Assembly (NCBI GenBank): GCA_048772705.1
Contig: JBLWGC010000036.1
Coordinates: 248,001-312,000 of the forward strand
Direction: 5' to 3'
From: Leidyana gryllorum EB-2025a
Lineage: Eukaryota; Protista; Apicomplexa
Length of the DNA stretch: 64,000 nt
Part shown: one piece after another, positions 53,657 to 64,000 of the stretch
Position numbering within the stretch: the first letter of the stretch is position 1
Layout: the number at the start of each line of letters is the position of its first letter
The notes under the pieces: model-generated
Database searches by the model: none
Told to the model about the DNA's origin: nothing
What the model saw: only the letters and a program-made list of their open reading frames with translations
Translations under genes and position numbers: made by a program

Positions 53657-56600
53657 TCAGTCGGTGCCGAGCTTCGCCCTTTTGGACTCTGACATGCGCG
53701 AGCTGTCCATCTTGCGCTTGTTGGACGTGTCGGAGACAACGCCGTGCCTCCAGCCAGGCGACACTGCTTCTTCACCTACCGTGGAGGTACGGGTAACCTG
53801 TCGTGAGGAAGTTTGAGAGAGTACGGAGAGGCGGTGGGTGAGCCGCGCAGCTTTGCTGGGGCTTTGAGCAGCGAGCATCTCCATATGGGCTTGGCGAACG
53901 GTTTCCATCTCTTTGTCAATATCAGCCAGAGTGTTGTCAAGTCCTGAAATACGTCCACCTCTGACGCCGAAAGAGGTACGGATCACTGTTCGTCCGAGAG
54001 GTTCATCGTTGGTGGTGCTCAACGTGTTCGACATTTGGTCGCGAAGTTTGGCAGCGGCACTTTGGCTTTCAGCGATTTCGCGCAGACTACGTTGCTGTTC
54101 CTGCAGCAGAGCATTCAGCGTGCTGCACAAACCATTGGCGTCCTTCCTCGATCGCGATAGACGATTGAACATCGTTTCGATGGTGCCAATCATGGTTGCC
54201 CACTCCTCGTTGCCAGTTCCCAGTCCATCTTCGAGGCCTTCAGGAGTGATACCATTCTCAGCCATAATACGCTTAATGGTAGCGGATAAATCAGCAATGT
54301 CAGCTTCTTTATTGCTCAGTTCAGAAGTAACTTTGTCTGTGGGAGAAGGGTAATTGATGTGTGTGTAAGAGCGAGTGGCGGTTGTGGCTTACCGATTTCA
54401 ACCCGTAATCGATCTTGGGCAGCCATACTGAGTTTCAACTTTGCTTCAATCCTCCGAACTTCGTTGTCCTTTTCGTCAGCCAATTCAGCAACAAGGAGTT
54501 GATGTTCACTGATCTTGTTGTTGAGCTCTGTGACCATACGTGTAACTCGTTCGGAGTCTACTGCTTGAGCTTCTGCCAATTCCTGGCGCAGTCGATCGAG
54601 CTCGGCCTGCAGCTTATTCTGCATATCGCGTAGTCCTCTGTTTTCACTCAGCAGCGCGTCCCGTTCGGCTTCAAACTGCAGACGCTGAGAATCGATGTGT
54701 TGCTGATGATTCCGCTGCAAGTCCTGTCTGAGATCCACAAGTTCCTGTTGCAGGCGGAACACTTCACCCTCGCGGTCGTCCAGAGAGGCGACCAACTGCT
54801 TCATGTCCATATCATATTGGAATGTGCGGCTCCGGAACTCAGTCTCGAAGGCGCTCAAAGTCTCGAAAACCGTAGTGTACGCGTGATCATGGCCTCCGGC
54901 GGGGGCGGACGACAATTTGTGGCGCAGATCTTCGAACATTTTGTTGAGTTGTGACTCTAACTCTGCATTACGCTTCAGCGCTCTGCCCAACTCATCGTTT
55001 GTTCGAGTGAGGTCATTCAATTGTTTGTCACGGCGTGTGATCTCGGCTGCCAAAGTCTGCCTTTGCTTTCGCAGACTCTCTTCCAAGATGGAACATTCGT
55101 CGGCCAACGTCTGACGCTCGCCGCGAAGGGATTGTAGTTGGAAACGGAGCTGCTCCTTCTCGCCGTCCTGAATGGGTCGGGCTGTTCGGAAGGACTGCAG
55201 GTTGCCTTCAAGCTGCTCGATCTTCTCCTGTCGCTCAGTGACTTGGCCTTTGAGATGGTCAATCTCGGCAGCCAGGCGCTTCTGCTCTGCAGCGGCTCGG
55301 GCGCTCTCGAGGTCAGACACTGAGGCCGCGGGAGTTTGTCGATAGGTTTGTGCCAGAGTCTGCAGTTCGCTCAGTCTCTCCATCAATCCCGCCTTCCAGT
55401 CTCGTCGGCCCTCTGACATTCTATGGGGCCTCTTCTGGAGCACTTGTAGACGTTTGCGTTCGTTTTCCAACTCATCACTCAACGCCTTCTTTTGTGCTTC
55501 CGATCGGGCCAGTCTGGGTGAGAGTGATATTTTCGATCGATCAATGTGTGAATAAGAGAATACTTACTGCGCCGTGAGATCGATTATTTGCCTATCCAAG
55601 TCCGCTTTCTCGACCTCTGAAAGACCCGTGGGGTTCTGGGAACGCGACTGGAGTGCGGTCAGCTCGCGAGTCATTGCGTTGACTCTGGCTTCCATATCGA
55701 GCTTCTGACGACGAGTCTTGGCGACCTCCTCCATATGGATACGCAGTTCGTTGTGGAACTTCTCTGACATATCTGCTATCATTGCCTCGAGCTCCTCGTT
55801 ACGCTTGAGCATCCGTCGGAGGTCATCGTGATCCTCTGTCGCCGGACCCTTTTGACTGCGGATCATACTGCGAAGCTCCTCGACTTGACGGGTGGTACTC
55901 TTCTCATAGTCCTGGTACTGCCGAGTCATTTGCACCAGAGCCGCTTCCTTCTCCTCGATTGCAGCCTGCAGCTGGTTTACACTCCTCCCGAGTTTCAGCT
56001 GTTCGTCCACCGCGGCATCACGATCCCGTTGGGCCTGAGCTAACGCGGACTTGAGGCTTTCGACTTCCTTCTGCAGGTCTGATGTTGCGTGCGCGACCAG
56101 TCCCTCCAGACTGCGTTTGAGGTCTGCGATTCGCTCCGCTGTTTCCTGTTCGGCCTCGCGGCGAACGGCTTCAACACGACTGCGAACCTCTTCGTCTTGT
56201 GCCTTCATAGCCTCCCGCATCCGTTCCAATGTACTCTGCAACTGTGTGTGGTTCCGTTGCGCTTCCTGGAGGGCGCGGTCCTGAGCCACCTTGAGTTCAT
56301 TCCACTCTCTCTCCTTCTGTCTGAGAACATTGGCGAACTCGGTGTCTTTGGCGGCCTCGGCAGCTCTGATACGCTCTTGGAGGTTGTCCTCTTGAGCTTT
56401 GAGCTCGCGGGCGTGCGCCTCACGAATATTGCGGATCAAAGCATCGTACTCCTTCTGCAACCGAGCGATCTCGCGGCGAGTCGAGTCAGTATTGGCAGTC
56501 AGAGCTTTCTCCAGGGCGACCTGGAAACTCTCCCCAGCACCGGTCTGGAGGCTCGAGCCTTCAACCCGGCGCCGTCTCTCCACTTCCGACTCCGCGGCTT

Positions 56601-58445
56601 GCAGACGGCGCTTAGTGTCTCTCAAGGTACCCTCCAGGAGTTTGAGGTCGTTCTCTTGCGTTTTGACTCTCTGCTCGGCGTTGCGTAGTTCCGAGGTCGT
56701 GGCTTGCAGGTCTGCCCGCAGACGGCGGACCACAGGCGCGTCATCGCCCACTGCAGCAGACAACTTGTCGGTGAAGCTCGCCAGGAGACGTTCTAATTCA
56801 GAGTTGCGTTGCAACAGAGACTCGGCTCTTTTGTGGATGCCTTGAAGTGATGTAATCTGTTCCTTCAAACGCTTAAGAGACTCCTCCGAGTGGTCTTTCT
56901 CGATTTGGCGTCTCTCTTCGCTCTCTGCCAGAGACACTTTGAGGTGTTCAATCTCCGCTTTGGTTCTATCGACGTCAGTAATGCGGAGTCGGAGTTCGTC
57001 GTTCTGCTTGCGGAGCGTATCGAGATTCTCCTCAGCCCTGCGCCAATTGGCCTCAGCCACTTGAAGTTCAGCTTGTAGGCGGGCAGCTCCTTGTGCCCGT
57101 GTTTGGCCCTCGTTATTGGCTTCTTTGAGCTTCAGTTTCATATCTTCGAGCAGTCTCTCGTGTCGCTCAGCTGACATCCGCAATTCCTCCTCCAGATCGT
57201 TGTTCTGCTCCAACAAGCCTTTAAGCTCAACCGACACGCCGGCAATGTTGTTCATGTGCGCTTGGCGCTCCTTTGACAGCTTTTCCAGAGCCATCCGCTC
57301 TCTCTCGATGATTCCTTTGAGCTCTTTGAGCTCAACATCAGCTCCGGAAAGCTCAGACCTGAGGGTGTTCAATAATTGTTACAGAGGGGCTGAGGTACCT
57401 TAGTTTGACTATTATGGACTCTTTCTCGGCAATACTTCGTCGCAGTTGTAAGATATCGTCGGTGACACGTGACGACTGCTGAGCATCTCTAAGCTCAGTT
57501 TCCAATGATAATATGCGTGAAGTGTACGTATCAGCCCGTTGATTGGCGTTGTTGAGTTCATCGTGTGCTTTACGACGTAAATCTCTCTCCTTTTGAAGCA
57601 TTGCGTCAGCTTCGTCTTGTACAGATGCGATCAACATTTCGAGTTCGGAGTTGCGCTTGAGTAACTCTTGAGCATGTTGTTGGGTGCCTTCCAAAGACTC
57701 AATAGTTTGACGACGCATCTCTAATTCGGCTTCATTGGCAGCCAATTGGCGCTTCAGATTCTCTAACTCTTCTACGTGCCCCCGCACAGCCTCCTTGGTT
57801 TCTCTTACCCTGCAGAAACAGCCGATGGAGACGGGCAACATTTGAACGGGGGCACCAATTAGGGGAGGGAAACATATCGTGTGATGGACACTGTGTGGTG
57901 AGACGCTGGTGGGTGAGCTCAGAAAAGTCATAGCGACCCCCGTTACTCCGCATCCAGATATCATTATTGGGATAAGAAGTGTTAGACACGCAATTCAAGT
58001 TTGAGGAAGGTATACCTTTGATTCAGACGATCATCTTGGTGTTGACTACTAGAGCGATAACGATGGGTGCTGGAGGATCGTTTGAAGAAGTTTACGACAC
58101 TGCTCAGCCGGCTGGGACGTTCAGGCAAAGGCGTGTCGATACTCGGACGGAAGTCGGGTGGGGAAGGCATTCCGACACTTGAACTGGCACTCCATTCTCG
58201 TGAGGCGCCCACCCCCGTAGTTTCACAGGGAGCGGCCGTGGAGACTGCGGACCGACGGGTATGGAATTGGTCGGCACGGACTGAGACTCACTGATAGACG
58301 CGTTGACAGAGGCGGTCGGGGAGACTGTGAAAGCCTTCTTGGCAGGCTGGTCAACATCACCCTCCCGGCGTGGGGTGCTCTGTTCCACTCGAACCCGTTG
58401 TGTAAACTGCTCATCGATAAAGAGTCTATTGATGGGCGTTGCCAT
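53657..58445 (-). CDS. Large coiled-coil protein (about 1400 aa, multi-exon)
   Basis: GT-AG introns link ORFs 58104-58445, 57982-58212, 57353-57964, 55564-57372, 54316-55482 and 53657-54265; heptad-rich. Confidence 0.72.
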
Positions 58446-58460
58446 GATGACAAAGCAAAT

Positions 58461-60476
58461 TTATGAGGTTGGCTCTGCGATGGCGGTGTGGACTAAGTGG
58501 GTGCTCAGTGTCTCCAAACCCTATTTTGGGGGTGTCAGCCGACGGGTTGTGGTGAAGAAGAGTTTTTCTTGAGTGAATGGCTGACGCGTCTCCGCAATTC
58601 TGCCTCCGTTATGGGCACGTTATACTGCCAAAGTTGTTCCAGACACTCAGAAAGGACTACTCTCTCAAACTGCTCAACTTCTCGAGCTACTTGAGACTTG
58701 ACACTCTGCACACTCATGTTGGCTGTGGCCTGAGACTCTTTAACAGCCGACTGAAGCTGCTGAATCTGAGCTCGGAGCTCCTGATGGGTTTGATCCGCCC
58801 TGGCAGCAACGCGTGCGTTGAAATCTTGTTGATCTTTCAAGAGTTTGTCTTGCAGTTCTCGACTGTTTCAAAGGTGTCTATGTGCCCCTCTTTAGCATCA
58901 AAGCGACTCACCATCTGTCTTTCAATGCCTTCTTCTCATCCTCCGCGCGTGCCTGAGCCCTATCGGCGAGATATTTGTACCCATCGAGCAGATCGGCCAT
59001 CTTCTTCTTGCTTTCGGCCTCGAATTTTCTGCAAGCCTCATCTGCGACCCTCCTACATTCTGCCATCTTCTTCTCTGCCAGGTTTCGTGCCTTCTTGGCG
59101 GCACCTGTGGCGTCTGCCGCAACTCGGGCATATTGCCTGCGGAAACGTTATATATCATTCGCACACACACGAGTGTATTGATTGCCTCACTTTATGATGT
59201 GGTCTACTTGCTCCAGCGTTTCGGCGCGGGTTTGATTCATTTTGTCGGGAATGGATGCACGCACTCCCTCCAGTTGTTTTTCATACATCTTCTGCATTTT
59301 GTCTCGCTTGCAGGCTTCCGCTCTCAAGAGCCCGGCCAGATGAGCTTCGCGAATCGTTTCCTCCTCGTCGTCCGCTTGGCAGCCGTGGGCACCACATGGT
59401 TCCTGATTTCCGTCTTCCAGCAGATTCTCCCCCCCCAACCCCTGTAGGCTGGCATACTGTTCGAGTTGTCCCTGAAGTACGTTGCCTCTGTGGCGTTCCA
59501 TCGCCAGTTGCTGCGCCAGCTGGCTGATGGTGCGCTTTAGCTTTTGTGTCTGGAACTCGCCACACGGAAGTCCCTGGTTCCCAAGTGCGTTCAAGTCAGG
59601 CGAGATTTCCACAGTTCGATTCTCCCCGGGCCAAAGAACGGGGCAGACTTCAACTGGTCTCCGATTTCTGTGTCGCCTCTCTCTACGAGCCGCCGCCGCC
59701 GGACGTGGAGAGGACTCACGCGAGGGCGTGGGTCCTGACGGTGGAGTCTGTTCGGGCCGACGTCGACGCGTCCGGGGTGTACGCGAGGCTCGGGAGGACG
59801 GGGGCGGGGATTCTGCTGTACTGAGGTTGGAGGGCGAGCCTGTTGGACTCATGGTGGGAGACGGGGGAGGTCCCTGCTTGGACATTGCGCGTTTTGCCTT
59901 GGCAACCATTGATTTTGAGGGCACGGCAGAAGGCTGGCGCTGATTGGGAACCATGGACGGTTGGCGAGTGGGGACCATGGAGGGCTGCCGGTCTACTACC
60001 ATCGAGGGGGACCGACTCGGTGGCCGAGCTGCCATGGAGGGTTGTCTCGGTGGAGGACCCATTGACGGTTGCCTTGGGGAAGCTGCCATGGAGGGCGCTC
60101 TCGACCCCATTGGGGAAGGAGCGACCGAGGGAGATCTGACAGGCGGTCTTGAGGCGCCCACGCCGCCTGGGGGAGCCGGTGGATGGTATCCGGCTCCCGT
60201 TACTTTCTGAGGATAAACCGAGCCGCCGCCCGGACGACTCGGAGACATTGAGAATTGTCTGCCAATACGCTTCGAGCCTAAACTCTTGGCCATGGACGCT
60301 CTCATCGGTGTCGTGGGAGTTGCAGGGGGGCTTCTTGCAGTTTGTGGTGCACGACGTCCAGGCAATGTAGACCGCGAAGCAAGTGCCTGGAGGGGCAAAG
60401 GACTACCTTGATACCCAGATACCTTCTTTGATAGTGTAGACCCCCTAGGCAAAGACCCGCCGTGTTTCGTCTCCAT
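58461..60476 (-). CDS. Protein with a Pro/Ser/Arg-rich N-terminus (RQPSM repeats) and C-terminal coiled coil
   Basis: ORF 59187-60476 is spliced in frame to exons at about 58913-59138 and 58588-58861, then to a last exon GLETLSTHLVHTAIAEPTS*. A join to the downstream coiled-coil gene cannot be excluded. Confidence 0.68.
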
Positions 60477-60509
60477 TCTTCAGTCGCACCCGCATGCACC
60501 CTGGACAAA

Positions 60510-62363
60510 TCAATTGCCGCCCTTAACGAGGCAAGTCAGGATTGCGGTGCCATGGATGACTACGTCTTCGGCGGAGAAGAGATGAATCATCGCAGACTTG
60601 TCGTCTCCGAGAATGACTCTCAAATACTTTCTGATCTGCACAAACAGGGTGAGAGTGGCAGTGATAGGGATCGGTGCCGAAGCGGTGTGGTCAAATTCGA
60701 GTGAATGAGTGAGGGACGGGGGACGGGGGGGGGAAGGGGGTTGAGAGACGCTCAGACGAAATGCCCACTTACAATATTCTGGAACCAGGGATGGCGTATG
60801 TGGGGGGCATTGTCGAGAACAACACTGGTTCCGGTGTTGGCAAGCCGTCCAGTGCGTTTGGCAAGTGCGGCTATGGCCGCAGCAGCTAACGCTGCGGCTC
60901 TTTCGAACACCAGAGCACAGAGTGTTTTCAACAGACTCCTGGACTGAAAGTCAACATCCCAATCCCAGAGGCAGTAGAATATTCTATAGGTGACAATGAG
61001 ATCTGGGGTCTCATCAGTCGCACACAGTAATGCCAGTTGAGTGGGGAGAGAGTCCGGGTGCCAGGCTAACGGAGGCATTTGGGAAGTCCATATTCGTTGG
61101 ATAGCATATCGAATTATCTCGCCCAAGTATAGGCCACCAATCATTTTCTCCAGCAATCGCTGACCTTTGGCAGAACTGTCCGCCAGATCGACACAATGGT
61201 CGGCATCCGTCATTCGCAGTCCCCGGACGAATTCGCCAATTTCACTGTTCACGATTACCCCTGTGTAGCCATAGCTCGCTGCGCGAGGCTCGACGTAGGC
61301 CCCGTTGGCACCACTACCCATCAGGAAAGACATGTAACACTGAGGCAAGTCGGGGGGCGAAGTCAGCCAGCCGCTTAACAAGGCACATATCTGCGACGCG
61401 AACTGGAGCGGCCGCGGACAACCGACTTACCACGTCAGTAGTCACGCCCACCACCTCTCCGGATATTCCTCTGCGACGCAAAGCGCTTTCCATTAGAATT
61501 CCAATATCACACCCTTCCACTGGATCGGGGCATTTTCGTCCCGTCTCGAATCCCTGCAGAATTGGGGGGGGGACAGATAATGTTCGATCGAGCGAGCGTC
61601 AATTGAAGGATGTCTCCTTCTATTCCCGCTAGCCGCCCTTTCGGCTTCTCCCCTTTCGGTACCCACCTTTATCCACTTTGGCATTATTGCCCATTTGAGG
61701 CCAGACTGGTAAATGGGGAAGGCTATGGAAACTCCCACAGGCATGTCGAGGACATGGCCTTGTACCTCGCTTTTCAGGAGTTCCTCCAATGTCCGAGCCA
61801 TCACATCAAAAAGATGTGAACTCGTTTCTGTTGCGTCCAAAAGTCCTCTGGGAGCTGAGCTCCGTTCAGATCTGAGATCTACTCGGTTCTTCGAGAGTGT
61901 CGTTTTCCCAGTTTCTTGGAAGACGGCTCGAGCTACTTGAATTGTCATATCTGAAAATTCGATACTGTATACAGTTCCTTGCTGATTGCGGTCGGGAAGT
62001 CTCTGAACGAACGAATCCTGCATCATCAGTATGTCAGGGTGGCCGTCTCCTTTGCTTCTGGCTCGAGCAGCCATTTCCATATCGACCGTCATCTCTTTGC
62101 TGATCTCGACAATGTGGGCGCAGTCCGGCATAAAATATGATACATAGCGCTGAGAGAATCTCGCAGATATATGAGAGACTCCTCGATCGCCCAGCCTTGT
62201 CTCTCACCTGAGCTCTCATGGAGATGGTCTCCGACACATTTGGTGGGATACTCCCATCTGGTCGTTGTAACTGTTTGCCATGGCTCTGTTTGGCCGTATT
62301 GCGCCCCTGCCGGCGTGATATGGCGCTCGGCTCAATGGAGATCTGTCCAATCAGTTCCGACAT
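60510..62363 (-). CDS. Hexokinase-like paralog with degenerate ATP-binding motifs (probable pseudoenzyme)
   Basis: Colinear with the hexokinase at 51383 (WIKGFETGRKCPDPVEGCDIG, LEKMIGGLYLGEI, VFERAAALAAA, IRKYLRVILG). Frame intact across canonical introns. Confidence 0.88.
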
Positions 62364-62437
62364 TCATTAGCGATTGATAGGAAAAATGGGTTTATGTTGA
62401 AGAAAAAGGATAAAAAATCGGTGTAATGTGACTCCTC

Positions 62438-63271
62438 TCACTCAGGCTTGGCCTTGAGGTACATGGTCAATTTGAGAGTCTGCTTCGGTGGGATGTTAAG
62501 ACGAGTCTTGGGGTCGTTGAGTCCATCAGCGCCCCACACAACCGGCTCGAAGCACACAAAGTTATGATCTGCAGCGCCATTGGGTTCAGACCAGATTTGG
62601 ATCCGTTGGTAGTAGTACTCCCCAGCCGGGCTCGGTTCTTCCTCAAACTTCATAGTGCCCAAGTTGGGGAATTTGATGGTTGCAGCTTTGCTAAATGCAA
62701 CATTGTAATCTGGGGTGGTTTCCTTGGTTTCCCAGTCCCAATCCGAGGTCTTGAAACCCTCAAAGTCCACCTCCAGTCCCTTCTTGTCTGCCTGCGCACA
62801 GGTGAAGTAGGGGTGAAGTCCTGGCTGCACCGGGAGCACTTTGTTCTCTTCTCGGTTCTCAAAGATGGCCTCGTGTTTGATCACTCCCTCCTCTACCAGA
62901 GTCGCGTTCATGGTGAACTTGAACTTGAAAGGGTACATCTTGAAGGTGTCGTCATTGTTCTCGATGTAGCAAGAGACACCGTCCTCCCGAGGCTGTTCGA
63001 CGTTCCACTTCATGTTGCGACCGAATCCGTGATGCGGCAATTTGGTACCCGTTTCCAGGAAGGTCTTGTCACCTCGGAGAGAGCTAAAGTTGGGAACCAT
63101 CAGGGGAAGACCGGCGCGCATCAAATTCTTGGTTTGGACTGGTCGGTAGAGTACCTCCCAGTTTTTCACCTTGAACCCAGTCACCAGACAACGCTCTGGC
63201 ATGACACGCATCTCAGTGTCCCCCTTACGGAACACCAACTCGCTGTCGAAAGCCTGCTCCTCGAACGACAT
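62438..63271 (-). CDS. Aldose 1-epimerase / galactose mutarotase-like protein
   Basis: Intronless, 277 aa. RAGLPLMVPNF, HHGFGR, YPFKF, GLHPYF (catalytic His) and FVCFEP (catalytic Glu). Confidence 0.9.
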   Translation of the reverse strand: MSFEEQAFDSELVFRKGDTEMRVMPERCLVTGFKVKNWEVLYRPVQTKNLMRAGLPLMVPNFSSLRGDKTFLETGTKLPHHGFGRNMKWNVEQPREDGVSCYIENNDDTFKMYPFKFKFTMNATLVEEGVIKHEAIFENREENKVLPVQPGLHPYFTCAQADKKGLEVDFEGFKTSDWDWETKETTPDYNVAFSKAATIKFPNLGTMKFEEEPSPAGEYYYQRIQIWSEPNGAADHNFVCFEPVVWGADGLNDPKTRLNIPPKQTLKLTMYLKAKPE

Positions 63272-63443
63272 TTGAACAACTCAAACAAAAAGTAGATTTA
63301 TTCAAAAGAGCCAACAAGTCTGTGCACCCGCGTTTGGGGCGGCAGCGGCGTCGTCGTCGTCCCCTCCGCACACAGATCGGGACATCCCTATTCTCGCTCC
63401 CCAGGTTTGATGGACACATCGTCGAGCAGTCAACATTGAAACG

Positions 63444-64000
63444 TTAAGAGGAGGTTTCCTCTGACGACACTGCCGGTTTGGCCACAGGCTTGCGCTCTTC
63501 GCCACCCGCCTGGCCAGATGCCGCCGACACGTTTTGTGGATTCACAAGAAAATCACTCTCGTATCGGGGAGTCCTCCGAAAACGACTGAACTGAGTCCCC
63601 CAGCTGGTATTGGCCGCCGGAGTGGCCGAAGGGACCACTATCCGTTGACGTCGCTCAGTGTCGTACGAACTGATGAACGGGGAGGACGCAGTGGGCGACG
63701 CTGGCTTGCTCTCCTGCTCAGCCGTCGAAGCTGTTAGGGTGGGGGGTTTGGGCGGGAGCAGAGGCGACAGCGATAAGGTCGGAGCTTGTTGACTGTGACA
63801 ACGGGGTCGGAAAGGGCTCGAGGGCGACTCTTCGGCTGTCTGTTCCTCGAGAATAGGCCTCGAATTCGCGGTTTGTTGTTCGAGATTCATCCTCTCATAC
63901 GCCGCGACTCGGGCTCGCGAAAGGCTGCTCACTCGTCTCCGTGGCGCTCGGGTCCCTTCCACCGAATCCGGCTGGGATCGCGCCTGGAGCAAACTGTCGC
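63444..64000 (-). CDS. 3' end of a Ser/Pro-rich protein starting beyond the window
   Basis: Open minus-strand frame from the window edge to TAA at 63444; low complexity. Confidence 0.5.
   Translation of the reverse strand, partial: DSLLQARSQPDSVEGTRAPRRRVSSLSRARVAAYERMNLEQQTANSRPILEEQTAEESPSSPFRPRCHSQQAPTLSLSPLLPPKPPTLTASTAEQESKPASPTASSPFISSYDTERRQRIVVPSATPAANTSWGTQFSRFRRTPRYESDFLVNPQNVSAASGQAGGEERKPVAKPAVSSEETSS

Noticed and set aside
62564-63295. 243-aa antisense ORF over the epimerase (similarly 52237-53010 over hexokinase)
   Set aside because: Expected from strong codon bias on the sense strand; no recognisable protein features.

Overview
Very compact, intron-rich eukaryotic DNA. The hexokinase, MCM3 and CCCH proteins and a TRAP-like tail suggest an apicomplexan or related alveolate, possibly a gregarine, but this is not certain. 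About 25 protein genes are present, most split by short (about 35-60 nt) canonical GT-AG introns, with intergenic gaps often under 50 bp. Recognisable genes: UBR1-type N-end-rule E3 ligase (runs off the left edge), CCCH zinc-finger protein, 3-ketoacyl-CoA reductase, syntaxin, PRP19, MCM3, DDX46/PRP5, CDC45, TBC1D22/Gyp1-type RabGAP, CAF1, hexokinase and an aldose 1-epimerase. There are also three large coiled-coil proteins and several secreted or membrane orphans. Features the ORF track does not show: (1) a minus-strand cluster of five box C/D snoRNAs at 20.2-20.8 kb, four of them tandem copies of a snR61/SNORD38-like guide with divergent second guides; (2) a hexokinase with an N-acylation motif plus a nearby paralog that has lost ATP-binding motifs, the latter next to an intronless bacterial-type mutarotase; (3) a giant USP7-derived probable pseudo-deubiquitinase; (4) a TRAP/MIC2-tailed type I membrane protein with an unrecognised ectodomain; (5) extreme gene packing, including a 16-bp tail-to-tail CDS overlap and a 39-bp head-to-head gap. 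All homology calls come from motif recognition by eye; no searches were run.
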